Source: the human T2T-CHM13v2.0 reference genome, Homo sapiens
Strand: one strand, 5' to 3'
Assembly (NCBI RefSeq): GCF_009914755.1
Contig: NC_060944.1
Length of the DNA stretch: 64,000 nt
Below are positions 42,949-59,943 of this stretch, one piece after another (positions within the stretch are counted from its first letter, which is position 1; every line of letters starts with the position of its first letter). The translations under genes were made by a program, and so were the position numbers. The notes beneath the pieces are model-generated. The model was not told the DNA's origin, made no database searches, and saw only the letters and a program-made list of their open reading frames with translations.

Positions 42949-44662
42949 TAATTTTCTGAGATTATGTCTGCATTTGTGCTAAATAATTTACGCTAGGAGC
43001 AGTAATAAAAGCAGAGATGAAGCTATTGATTCAAGACTGTATATACATTGTATATATACTACATACAGTATATCACATTTGTGTTAAAGACACAAAGGAA
43101 AATATAAGCCTAGAACAGTTTTAGAAATCACTTATCAAGATGTTCAGTGTTTTTTATCTCTGTGTGGCAGAATTACAGGTCATCTGGGTTGTCTTTTCTT
43201 TGTTACAATGCAACATTTCCATGAACATCAGAACCCTGTAAGATAAGGAGGTTCTCTGTTCCACTAGTGAAAAACTGCAGTAACCAAATCTGTTTAAATC
43301 AACTGACCCAAAATTTCAAAGTTTCCAAAGTTACTGAGAACCCCTTTTCACACAGCATCTACTTTATGAGCACCCTTTAGGAATGCTGCCTTTGGGCAGG
43401 GTCTTTTTCTTTTCATTTTTTTTAAAACAATAATCAATACATTTTTGTATGGGGTCGGGGGAAGCACAAAAACACAACCTTCTGCCTTAGTAAGAGATTC
43501 CTCCCCTCTTCATTGCTCCAGACCCTAATAATTCCCCTAATCTCAAACTGTTATTCTACCCCCAAATTATCCTACCCCAAATGATTCATAATGATCCTAA
43601 AGCTCTTGGTGCTTCTAGCTTTAACTTCATCAAGCAAGTTTCCTCTATCTAGCCTACCATCCAAACATATTCTTCCACATACTGTTCTTTGGTCTCCCTC
43701 CTGATTCTCTTTTGGAAAGATTATTCTTCATGTCCTATGGGGATAATATATTTTAATCACATTATTGTTAGCCTGGAAGCTTGTAACAGACTAATGGGTT
43801 ATCTACTCGTTGGGAATTTAAGTGCTTCCAAGAAGGCAGCATTCCAACTGGTATTAACACCCAAACTGTCAAACATAGGAAATCAGAGCCATGCTTTCCA
43901 TAAAAAGGCAAAAGATGCCAGAGAAAGCACTTGAAAATTTCTAGCTTCTAAGGCACACACACTTAGCAAAACAAAGTCTTTCCTTAACACCTTGTGGGTA
44001 ATGAAACCCTTCCTCTCCTCCAGATGGCTTGTCTTTTGCATATATCAACTTGTAGTCCTAGAAACGGGTTCTCTGGGCCATGCAGAATGCTGGATTATTT
44101 TTCTGTCATCTATTATGACAGACAGACTCTGTCACTTGATCAGACATAAACTTTTCTTTCTTTAGCTAAGTAATGTTCACATTTTAAAGCAATTCAAGAC
44201 CCAAGTCCACAGAAACAGAAGGGCCAACCTACTCTACAAAGGCACGTTGGAAGAGCATGATTGATGGAAACTTGTAAGGAGTCAGGCAAGGTGGCTCACA
44301 CCTATAATCCAAGCCCTTTGAGAAGCCAAGGTGGGTGGCTTGGCCTCGACCTCCGCAAAGGCTTGGATTTAAAAAAGAAAACAAACCAGAAAAAAAACAA
44401 ACAAAAAACAAATCTTGTAAGGCTACACTTTGGAAAGAAAATCAAAAACAAATTCTTCCCACAGATCACATAACTGCAAAGGGGGAAACGTGCATTTACA
44501 ATGGAGAGATCAGATAGGTATCACTTAACCAAGTGCCCAAACTGGGTTATCACCAACTAGAACAAACTAAGATTACCTTCTGAGTATTCTTGCCAAAAAC
44601 TTTTAATTTAAATCGAATCAAGCTCTTAGACTTATCTTCTGGTTTACAAAAATACAGTGGAT

Positions 44663-44988
<326 letters not shown>

Positions 44989-45196
44989 CTAGGCAATTCC
45001 AGAATGTAGGACATGCAATAATACTGGCCTGAACTCTTTCTCAAAGAGTTACTACAATGAGCAGTGGATGGGGTGAGAAAGCTACTAAAGACTAACAGAC
45101 ATAACCAAATGTAATATGTTATTTTGGGGATGGGGGCAGCTACAAATAACATTCTGAGCACCACTGGATGAGGACTGGATATTAGAAAGTATTATG

Positions 45197-45230
45197 ATCA
45201 CTTCTCGGCCTTCTGGCTAAGATCAAGTAT
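45197..45230 (+). pseudogene. U2 snRNA 5' fragment (nt ~1-34), 3'-truncated retropseudogene
   Basis: atcacttctcggccttctggctaagatcaagt vs U2 ATCGCTTCTCGGCCTTTTGGCTAAGATCAAGT (30/32); decayed direct repeats gaaagtattatg / gaaaagattatg. Confidence 0.9.
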
Positions 45231-45520
45231 TGAAAAGATTATGAAAGTACTGTTAATTTTCTTAGATGCAATAATAGTACTTTGATTAAACAGGAGAATG
45301 TCATTTTTTAAAGAGATGTGTGCTGAAGTATTTAAAGGTTAACTGCCTGGATAATTATCAACAATTTAACGTGGCTCAGTGGAGAAAGCAGAGCCACAGT
45401 TCAAACAAAAAAAGCAAAATAGTGGTAACTGTTGACTCCAGATGGAAGATAATGCTTTTATTGTGTTATTCTTGCAACTTTTCTATAAGTTTGAATTTTT
45501 TCATAATAAAAAGTTCTGGG

Positions 45521-45810
45521 GGCCAGGCATGGTGGTTCACGCCTGTAATCCCACCACTTTGGGAGGCCGAGGTGGGCGGATCACGAGGTCAGGAGATTTA
45601 GACCATCCTGGCTAACACAGTGAAATCCCATCTCTATTAAAAATACAAAAAAAAAAAAAAAAAAAAAAATTAGCCAGGTGTGGTGGCAGGTGCCTGTAGT
45701 CCCAGCTACTCGGGAGGCTGAGGCAGAGCTTGCAGTGAGCCGAGACTGTGTCACTGCACTCCAGCCTGGGCGACAGAGCAAGACTCCATCTCAAAAAAAA
45801 AAAAAAAAAA
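45521..45810 (+). mobile_element. AluY/Sc-like SINE with an internal right-arm deletion
   Basis: ggatcacgaggtcaggagat and ccatcctggctaacac diagnostics; gaggca microhomology deletion. Confidence 0.85.
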
Positions 45811-46022
45811 GATGTGGGAAAAGTTTGGTTTGGGATGTATCTAGATTGCCAACTAAACCTAAATCAAAGTATACTAATATTAAAAATCCTGTAAATGGGC
45901 CAGGAATTGTTACAGAGGGAATAAAGACCCTAGCAATGTTCACATAAGAAGTTAAAGCACTGCAGGGTTTTTCTATGCCCGTAAAGTATTCTTTAGTCTT
46001 TGGAATCAAGAACTGCATTTAG

Positions 46023-46280
46023 GGTCGGGTGTGGTGGCTCATGCCTGTAATCCCAACACTTTGGAATTACAAAATCCCAGGAATTAGTAACTTTTTTTAG
46101 TGAGTCTGCAAATGTTACTGAATAAGCCAGCCGCAGGACTGCTCATGGAAGGGGAAGGGAGGCACAGGAGACCGAGGTGGGAGGATCACTTGAGCCCAGT
46201 AGTTACAGAGACCAGACCAGCCTGGGAAACATAGCGAGACCCCATCCCTATTAAAAAAAAAAAAGAAGAAGAAGAAGAAA
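46023..46280 (+). mobile_element. FLAM/Alu left monomer carrying a ~100-bp internal insertion
   Basis: TSD aagaactgcatttag (46008-46022) / aagaattgcatttag (46281-46295). Confidence 0.88.
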
Positions 46281-49200
46281 AAGAATTGCATTTAGTCTTT
46301 ACCTATAACGTCCTATAATGTCATAGGTGAACTAAAAGAAATGATAAATATATCCTCCTGTTGTCTCTCAATGGCTTTCCACCACTTTCAAGGTCCAAAT
46401 TCCTCATGCTTAGTATGACTCAGAAAAGTCCATAAAACCTGGCTCCTGCCTCTGGAATTTCAGTTCTTGCCACTCCCAACTCTACCCACAATGGACAGTT
46501 CTCTGGAACCTGCTAAGATCTCAGACAATGCTGCTCCTACTGGCTAGGTGCAAAGACACAAAAACTAAGATTTCAAAAGCAAAAAATCCCGGGAAAAATA
46601 ATCTATCACAACAAAAGCATGAGCTCAGGAAGAAAAGGGAGTGGAGGGGATAAGAGCAGGGGAGGGGGACCAAACCCAACTTTGCCTCCCTTCCCCTTCC
46701 ACGAGCAGCCTGGTGGCTGGCTTGTTCCGTGTGTTCAGTAACATTTGCAAGGACCAAAAAAATCACTAATTCCTAAGATTGCTGTTACTCTCAAACAAAA
46801 GTCAATTCCCAAGCCCACACACCCCACAGTCAAGCTGAGAGTTAAAACTCAGAAAACTCAAAGGCCTTAGGATACTGACCCTATGCTGGCAACCACATAG
46901 CTCAGAAATGCAACAAATATTAAATTATGGTGTCCTGTAATGGATTTACACTTTACTTTTAAATATTAACAAGACGGCCACAGGGAGTAAGTTTATCAAG
47001 GGATAAGAATCCTAACAGTACCTCCTAGTTCACTCAGAGGCCAATTAACATTTCCCACCACGCCCAACAACAAGGCTCCTGGGGGTGTTCAAAGTTGCTT
47101 ATGACCCTGTGGAGCTATGAGCAGGTACCTCTGCCCCAGAACCTATTATGAGCAATGCACTAGGGGCTCGGTGCACAAGGAAACACCTGAACTACAACTA
47201 CCCAAGCAAATATCATATCTTTGTAGGTTGTCGGGTTTCTTCAGCTGTCTGAAGATACAAAACCTCATGTGACTGTTTGATTTTTAGTCTCTTCTCACCT
47301 TGGTCTTCCTTTCTCACAGTTATTTTTAAAATCAGCAACTGGCTAATATTTGAAAACTGTCAGTAGCCAACTGTCCGTTTCACAATTAGATCACTGTTCA
47401 AAAGGAGCAGAATTTTCAACTCTAGACTTTAGTTCAACAAGCTAGCAAATCATTACAGGAATGAGTGACTTCATCTTTACAGCTGGGTCGCTGCACTATG
47501 AGGCTACACTAAAATATACCTAATTGTTGAATTCCAACATGTCTGTAGGCCCTCCCCGCATCTTCAAGGTTAGAGTTTTTATTATTGCATCCTCCCCCAA
47601 CCCAACCCCCCCAGACAAAGCTTGGCATTTTCGGAATCCCTACTCATAAAGTGACTCAGTCCACCGATGGGCCAACTGACAAATCCTTAAGGGATTAAGA
47701 TATTACCAGGTAAAAAGTGACTTTTAAAAATGTACATAATACATATATATGTAGAGAGAGAGAGTGTGTGTGTGTGTGTTACAGGAAAGCTATTAACTAT
47801 ACTATGAATAAAACAAAATTTCACTGAAAATAAAAGTGATCAGGTAGCACTGACTACAACCTTCTAAATTCCCCCTAAATGAATCCACAGAAAGACTTTC
47901 TTGAAGGGTCTTTTGCTAATTTGCGGTTAGAACACAACACACTCAAGAAAATGATGCTCACAGCAGGACACTAATACTAAGTAATTTCTGAGATTATGTC
48001 TGCATTTGTGCTAAATAATTTATGCTAGGAGCAGAAATAAAAGCAGAGATGAAGTTAAGCTATTGATTGAAGACTGTGCTAACCCCATTAAAAATAAAGA
48101 GAGGTATGAATGTGTGCCTTCACAACTCAGCTCAGGATATACTTGCCAACTGAGCTCTTCCTTCCGTAAGAAGGCCCATTGCTCTTGGCTACTGCGCAGG
48201 GGCTATGAAGGCCCCATGGTTCTAGGACTAGAGCAGATGCGTACAAACTCCCTAAAGTCACAGGAAGGAAGGGGAGGCACAACTGGAGAGAAGTTGGTGA
48301 ACTGCCTCTCTGGCCCATAGGGGCATGAGGGCGGGGGGCACAGAATAAAACCATAAAGCAATAATTTTCACTATTTAAAAGAACAAGTCTAAATGGCACA
48401 CATCCTCTGTGTCTAAGATGACTAGCACTGCTGTTTTTTGATGAGTCATCAAGGGCAGTCATGCTGAAAAGCAGGGATACTTCTGTATTCCACCTATGTA
48501 ATCATTCCAAAATTATGGGATTGGAACATTACAATACCTATGATGTATGTCCTTATATTTGTATGTGTTTGTGTGCTTACCCTTAAGTGGTGTTTTTTGT
48601 TTTGTTTTGTTTTTGCTGACTTCTTTGTTCTAGGGGGTATTTCTGCAGCCTTCTCAGAAAAACCTCAGGGTATTAGAGAAGGTACAACTTGCTAATGGCA
48701 TCTGGTGAGCATGGGCTGGAAGGGGAACCACCGGGAAACACAGTTGTCAATAACCACACCCGCTATGGTGCAAACATGACCCACATACAAACTGAAGTAC
48801 AAGTACAACCCCTCCCAAAAGTCTAGCCCTAAGATAATAGCACAGAAACTAAGCCTAACAAGGTGCTTGGAACCTCTTCCTACCTGCACCAACCACCCTC
48901 TGCACACCATCCCCAGCAAGACCCCCTGCCTCCAACTCCCCTAAAGCAGCATTTCCAGGATAGCACTATTCTTTAATCCACTGACAACTTTGGCACTGGC
49001 TAAGGCTTACTATTTTTATCCCCTTTCACACCATTCTCTGAGCAGAAATGCTAGGTGCAAACATTTGTTGGTAATTATGTTAAAGTAAGTCTTCTTAAGA
49101 ACAAATGGTAAAATGAATACAAGAAAACTTTGCAATCTATTTTTGAAGAATTGTCTGCAAAAAGAGTGGAAATTGAGTTTTTCTTACGCAGCTGAAAGGA

Positions 49201-49297
49201 TAAAACAAAAATTACATATAATCAGAACACAATATAAAATAAGGATCGTACTCCCCCAAAATTACATCTGTATTTGGCTGTGAGAGGTGAAATATCT

Positions 49298-49610
49298 TTG
49301 ATTGATTGATTGATTGATTGATTTTTGGGATGGAGTCTCACTCTAACGCCCTGGCTGGAGTGCAATGGTGCAATCTCGGCTCACTGCCATCTCCGCCTCC
49401 CAAGTTGAAGCAATTCTCCTGCCTCAGCCTCCTGAGTAGCTGGGATTACAGGCATGTGCCACCATGCCCAGCTAATTTTTGTATTTTTTAGTAGAGACAG
49501 GAGTTTCACCATGTTGGTCAGGCTGGTCTCGAACCCCTGACCTCAGGTGATCTGCCCGCCTCAGCCTCCCCAAGTGCTGGAATTATAGGCGTGAGTCATC
49601 ACGCCCAGCC
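49298..49610 (-). mobile_element. AluS with (TTGA)n tail
   Basis: TSD tgaaatatcttt. Confidence 0.9.
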
Positions 49611-50977
49611 TGAAATATCTTTTAAATCTTGTTAGCATGTGCTCTGAAAGATATGTTCCACCTTAGGACAAACAGCAAACAAACTTTATTTCTTCAGAAC
49701 ACAGCAAATGGCAGGGTAGAGAATCAAATGACACTGGAAGTGGGGCCTTGATCTCACCCCTCCTGATATGGCAAGCACACAGGGCCTAGAGTCCTGGGCT
49801 AAACTAAAAGATGAAGGTCAACTTCGTTACTAATTTCGCAGAGCAAGTCCAAGGCAATCAAAATAGAAAAGCAAAACCAACCCTGGAACTCACAAAGGAC
49901 TGGACACATGTCATGGAATTATTTATAGTCTAGGACAGGTGAACAATAATTTGGCTGGACAAGAATGCAGGCCCTTTTCTGAGTTCACTCTCACTGTTCC
50001 AAGAATGAAGATGTCTTGCTATTCTAGCTGCAAGACAGGCACCAGCCATGAGTCCCTACGTGGTGGTGTGCATGCTGCCTCTGAAGGACAAGCCTCATAA
50101 TTATCTGGCCAAGATATCTTGAAAGAAGCCTACTAATGCATAAAATACATAATCACTGAGCCCTGGAAGCCATCCAGGTACCCTCGGGCCTTTGGGAGTT
50201 GGACAGACATGTAGCAAGGACACATTCTCTCAAACTTCCTCCTAACACAAGCCTTAATCAATATTAAGGGTTAAAAGGTTTCATTTAACTTCGATAAAGT
50301 AGGTATTAGTACTCTCATAGAAAAACAAGCTGAGACTCAATCACTGCTTTCATTTGGCTTAACAGCTCACTACTAGGCTTGCTACTAAGACCTTGAAGAT
50401 CCTTGGCTTCCATATCCACTTCAATATAAACATTGTTAGTGCTGTTACTGGTAATGGGGGCTGGGGGGAATCCCCAGGGTTCCTGGAGCACAAAGCAAAG
50501 TTCCCTCCATTCTCCTAATTACATTAATTTAATCCCTTGCCCACTACATGATTACATTAAAAGGGGCTGGGGGTGGGGAGGGTAACATAAAGCCAAGACC
50601 CAAAGTTAACCACAATACAAAAGGAGAGAAGAATGGATACTATGATCTTCCTTTTAAACTTTCATTATAGCTGACTGCAGAACTGCTGGGATGACTCAAT
50701 AGATTATGGGAAATGGCCTAAAAGTCTACTGGAAACCAGACTGAACTGTGGCCACATCTTAAAAATAACCTCTTGCCTCTAATTTTCTTCTCCCCCAATT
50801 TTTTTGACTAAAAAGGGTTTTTTGCTGTTTCGTTGTTGTTGTTTCGCAATCACCAGTCCTAAAATGAAGCTAAAAATTTATTTTCATTTTATCCTTGGTC
50901 ATTCTCTAGCACCACAATCAAGAACATTAATGAGTCTTTCCTACAATACCGAAAGTTAGTTAAACAAATACCTTGTT

Positions 50978-51267
<290 letters not shown>

Positions 51268-51999
51268 CCTTGTTTCACACATCAGCTGAACTTTCAGTGG
51301 ACCTGACTACTGAACCCCAAAGGACAGCCAGGTTTTCCTTTAACACATATTGCTGCCATAAAAACTGCTGTTATCAGGCAAAGAATGAATAGGTTATTTA
51401 GGAAATATGGCAAATATTTAATAACTGATTTTTTTCAGTATACCTGCCTTGAAGCAACAGGGAAATATTACAGGACTTGGCCCCTAAGCTCAGCAATTTG
51501 TCAAATGAGTAAGTGGTAAAATCACGCTCTCCAAGATACCTCTCACTAAATACATTTATCACATTCCAGAAGAAGAAAACTATTTTGACTTGATTGCTAC
51601 CTTTAAACTGTCCCTTTTTCAGGTTTTCTATCTATTTCAAATGAGACAAGCTTATCCTTTGATTAAAATGCCATATAATAAAATCCATCAAATCATATTA
51701 GCCAGAGGGTCAACAATCCAGCTATTCAATAGCATTATCATTATTTTACTAGTAGCACAAATAAGAGGGCTGCATGGGCTGAAGAGCCATTTCAACAAGC
51801 TCTTGGAGTGTTCTGGACACAGAGACCATGAGTGTTTTGGAACATAAGGCTGAGCTATGGAGACCCTTCTGCAGCAAAGAATTCCTGTCAGAAATAAGAC
51901 TCGATATTAGAGGTTGTTTTAAAAAATAATAATAATAAAAGCACTGATGTGCATCCTAGGATGTTTAGCAAAATTAAAACTTAAAAAATTTAAACTTAA

Positions 52000-52495
52000 A
52001 AAGCAGTGAAACATGCTGTAACATAGATGAACCTTGAAAACATGCTAAGTGAACTATGCCAGAACACAAAAGTACAAATATTATATGATTCCATTTATCT
52101 GAGGTACCCAGAATAGGTAAATTCACAGACACGGAAAGTAGAATGGTGATTATTAGAAGTTGGGGAGAAGGGGACTAATAATAGGTGGACTAATAATAGA
52201 GGTTGAGAAGGGGACTAATTTTTAATAGGTGCAGAGTTTCTGTTTGGAATGAAGAAATCAAGTTCTGGAAACGAATAGTGGTAATGGTTGCGTAATATTG
52301 AGAATGTACTTAACGCCACTAAATTGTATACTTCAAATGATTTAAATGGTACTTTTTTTTTTCCGTAAAGTGAAAGCAAGTTTATTAAGAAAGTAAAGAA
52401 ATAAAAGAATGGCTACTCCATAGGCAGGACAACCTAAAATGGCCTATTTTATGTTATGTATATTTTACCATATATTTTACCACAATTTAAAAAAA
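52000..52495 (+). mobile_element. L1MB-type 3' end
   Basis: gatgaaccttgaaaacatgctaagtgaa...ttatgttatgtatattttaccac. Confidence 0.8.
52353..52434 (-). mobile_element. Polyadenylated ERV1 (MER4-group-like) LTR R-region fragment inserted in the L1
   Basis: Minus strand: ctgcctatggagtagccattctttt...aataaacttgctttcactttacgg followed by A10. Confidence 0.75.
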
Positions 52496-52529
52496 CTGTA
52501 CATAAAAACTAGAATTATAATTTAATAAG

Positions 52530-52805
52530 TTCCAGCACTTTGGGGAGGCTGACGTGGGAGAACTACCTGAGGCCAGGAGTTTGAGACTAGCCTGGGAAAC
52601 AGAGTTAAACCTTATTTCTACCAAAAACAATTAGCCAGGCGTGGTGGCATGCATCTGTTGTCCCAGCTACTCAGGAGGCTGAGGCTGGAGGTTTGTTTGA
52701 GCCCATGTGTTTTAGGTTATAGTGAGCTATGATCACACCACTGGACTCCAGCCTGCGCAACAGAGCAAGACCCCATCTCTAAAAAAAAAAAAAAAAAAAA
52801 AAAAA
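52530..52805 (+). mobile_element. 5'-truncated AluJ
   Basis: Alu consensus with long poly-A. Confidence 0.85.
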
Positions 52806-52989
52806 TAGTAAGAAGAACATAGGTGGTAAATAATAAACTTAGCCGGAAGGACACTGAGGTTCTGTATTTAAAATTCACGTTAAGAGTCAGAGCGCTACAT
52901 GCATCCGTAATCAGAATCAAAGAATCCACACTCCCAAAGTGACAAAACAGCCCCAAACTAATTTCTCTCATTTTAATGCTGCAGATCCC

Positions 52990-54325
<1,336 letters not shown>

Positions 54326-54380
54326 GTTAAAAGAGTATTATTAGTGAGCCTAAGGCAAAAATTCAAGATTCCAATTCTAG

Positions 54381-56140
<1,760 letters not shown>

Positions 56141-58167
56141 GTTGGTCCCTGAACTGAAAGAGGCCACATATCAAGAACATAAGCACGCAAAATCAGCAAG
56201 TGCCATACAGTAAGTACTGATCTACAACAGAAAGAAATCAAGGCATACCTGCAGACTTAAACGACATACTGAAGAGCCACGTCCTTGTTCAAATAATTCC
56301 ATTCCAATTCCCCAGAGAACAGAGGTGGCATGCGGTAGGATTAGAGTTTCACTCAGCTAAGACAGAGGTTTGAGTCCCTGCTCGGCTTAGCTGTGTGATC
56401 TTGAGCTCGTGACCAAACTTCTTACAGTCTTAGGAGAGTTAGAAATAACAAATGTAGATTCCAGAGTGATTGAAACAGAGTAGGCCTTCAGGAAGTCACA
56501 GTTATTATTTGTATAAGCCTTTCAGTTTAGAGTAATTTTAGAATTATAGAAAAGTTGTGAATATAGTACACAGAGTTTCCATGCTGTTATTTTATTTTCA
56601 ACAATATTGTTATTCTGATTGTGAAGAGAGGTAAACAATTTCTAAATTACACCTTAAAAATCCATGACAACAAAGAATACTGTCACTCTAGGAAACTTCT
56701 GATTTATGCACTTAAACACACCACTCCGCATCAGGTGAACTGATTTCCCAAGTTTGTTAAGATGTGTTACACAGTTTAAAGGCAGACATGACTAAGAGGC
56801 TAACATGTGTATCACAGACCTAGGAACACTTTCTCCATGTTGCCGTCTCTAAAAGGAACTTCAGCAGGTGCAGTGGGTGCCTCCTCTCAACTCATACCAC
56901 AAACCCAGGGGCTTCAAAAATTACTTTCCCTCTACCAGGGCCCTTCAAAACACAGTATTTCCTAACCAACAGAAAACGAAAAACTCTGTGACCCAGACAG
57001 CCCAGCCTTTGAAAGCAGCAGGGGTAGCAACTGCTGAGCCTCAAAAGTCAGCCTCTGAGTAGCCACCCAGAATGCAATGGGCTGGCAAACAGTAGGGGAG
57101 AAAAACGCTGGATCCAAGCCTGGATCCCAGTGCTCACCGGACAATCATTTGTCCCATTTCCTCAATTATCTGTTTGTCTCCTATAGCTGTCTATCATAAA
57201 GGCAATGTGAAAATATTATTTTAAATTTTACAGAATAGAAATTACGGACTCAGAAGAGGCATATCCAGACAATAGGTAGAAAAGTAGAAAAATAACAGCT
57301 ATTGTCCTAGAAATCAAATACAATACACACTAACATTTAGATCTGCTTTTAAGAGCTTTCAAAAACCTCACGTTATTAGACATTTTTGGATAGTTTTAAA
57401 AGTCTTGTTCTTTAACAGTAAGAAAAATGCATCCCCTGAATTGAAGCTTTAGAGTATTTAAAGTGAAAAGCTTGCTAAGAGATAAATGTGCAAAAAAAAA
57501 AAAAAAGTAGTATTTGAGCATTGCAGAGGGATTTCTCCTTTCTCCTGAGCTGCTGCTGTAACATCTCCTCTGACTCAGCACCTAAGAGGCATGATGGGAA
57601 GGGAGTACTATAAAAAAGCCATGCATTATTAACAAGACATTTGGCATCAAAGCAGAATGATTTGGAAAACCGGAAAATGTCTGCAGAATAAGAGAAAGGG
57701 GAGCTAACAGCTTAAATTATTTTTGGTAGTGTCATGCCATTCAAAATTGTCCATTCTAATCTTCTAAGCTGTCTTTTTCTCCCTTAGTTTTAGCTCTAAT
57801 TCTGATCTCTTTATGTCTTTCCTACCTTACATTCCAAATGGTTACTACTTACATTCTGAGTGGATTTCTCTGTGTTGGTTTGCTCCTGTCAGTTTTAAAG
57901 AACTGCTGTACACGCATTAGATCCAATGAAGACAGACTGCAACAGAACTGCTCTGCAGAAGCCCAAGAGATACCACACATAGGATGTTAACACTTACTAC
58001 TGCCTAGAAATCAAGAGTCTGTCTTCTTAACCCTAGAATAAGCAACCAAGTGACCTAAGTTCCCAATTCACAGATGGCAAGCCAATGGTTAAAAAAAAAA
58101 TACATTTACTCTTACAACCATTTTTAGGACCCTAGAATTTACCATCAAATTGTCAGTAAAAAATGAA

Positions 58168-58480
58168 GCTGGGCCAGGTGGAGTGGCTCATGCCTGTAAC
58201 CTCAGCACTTTGGGAGACCGAGGCAAGAGGACCTCTTGAGGCCAAGGGTTCTTGCTATGTTGCATAGGCAACATAGCAAGACCTTGTCTCTGCCCAAAAA
58301 AAAAAAAAAAAAAAAAGCCAAGTGTGGTGGTGCACACCTACAGCCCCAGAGACCCACAAGGCTGAGGTGGAAGGATCCCTTCAGCCCAGAAGTTCGAGGC
58401 TGCAATGAGCTATAATTATGCCTCTATACTCCAGCCTGGGTGACACAGCGAGACCCCATCTTTACCAAAGAAAAAAAAAA
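58168..58480 (+). mobile_element. AluJ with an internal inverted patch
   Basis: TSD aatgaagctgg. Confidence 0.87.
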
Positions 58481-58595
58481 GAATGAAGCTGGCATATAGT
58501 CCAATGGTCAGAGACAATGACTTGAGTAACTCAAAATCCAATTCTGCTTTTCTGGCATTATATCAAATTAGGAAAACTATTCCCTTCCTTTAGGC

Positions 58596-58802
58596 CAGTA
58601 GTTCTCAATTAGGGGTGCTTTTGCTTCCCAGGGGACATTTGGCAGTATCTGGGGGCATTTTTCGTTGTCACCACTGCGGGAGAAAGGTGCTACTGGCATC
58701 TCTTGGGTAAAGGCCACAGAGGCTGCAAAACATCCTACAAGGCACAGGACAGCCTCAACAACAAAGCAGCATGTCAACAGTGCCAAGGTTGAGAAACTCT
58801 GC
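58596..58802. mobile_element. MER20 hAT element
   Basis: cagtagttctcaa...ggggacatttggca...gttgagaaactctg TIRs. Confidence 0.85.
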
Positions 58803-58928
58803 CTTAGACAAATCACTTAACTTCTACTGACTTTTAAATTAACCACTGACACTGTTAGAAAGTACAGCAGTAATGCATAAACGTTAAGTTTATATTTGCT
58901 GGTTCACATTTATTGGATTAATAAACAT

Positions 58929-59300
<372 letters not shown>

Positions 59301-59877
59301 CTAGCATCACCTTTTCTGCAACATAAGTAACAATGCACATGTGCAAGATTTGCATAAAGTAGCCTCTGCTTCTGGCTATGACTGAGAGCCTGTGGCAGAC
59401 CAGAGATCCCTCAGAGAAACAACTCCAACAGCCAGAGAAAATTAAAAAAAAAAAAATTTTTTTTTTCAAAGTCTGAAGACTTTGGAGAACTGTGGAAGCT
59501 ACTATGACTTGAAGAGACACAATCCGGAAGGGTAAACCCTTTAGGAGCAAGCCAATATGCCACAACTGCTTTGCCCCTCAGGGAATCTGCCAATGCTAGG
59601 TGCCAGGAAGGAGGCTGAGGAAACAGAAAAGCAGCCTGGGAACATGACCAGAGCCACTATTCACAGGCAGAGAAACCAGCAGAGCTCATGGTAATGTCTC
59701 AGGCCTGAAGAAAGAAAAATAGAGACAAGGGCCTAGGATTCCTGTGAAAAGAACTGAGTGTTTTACCCTGAAGACATTTTACAAAATCCCAAAGATGCAC
59801 AGGTCAGAAGGCTGAAACCAAGCAGAAAGCCTCTGAATAGCACAGCAGGTTTCTTCACCAATCCCATGTACTAAGAA

Positions 59878-59943
59878 GACAAAGATTAAAGTTCAGGACA
59901 CACCGTGGGGGACAAAGATTAAAGTTCAGGACACACCATGGGG
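59878..59943. repeat. 33-bp tandem duplication inside a probable old L1 5' region (~59300-60800, containing AluS 60221-60520)
   Basis: gacaaagattaaagttcaggacacacc(g/a)tgggg x2. Confidence 0.9.

Noticed and set aside
56160-56320. Donor-like motifs on both strands (ca|gtaagt, cag|gtatgc)
   Set aside because: No matching acceptor or coding signal; no recognisable snoRNA boxes
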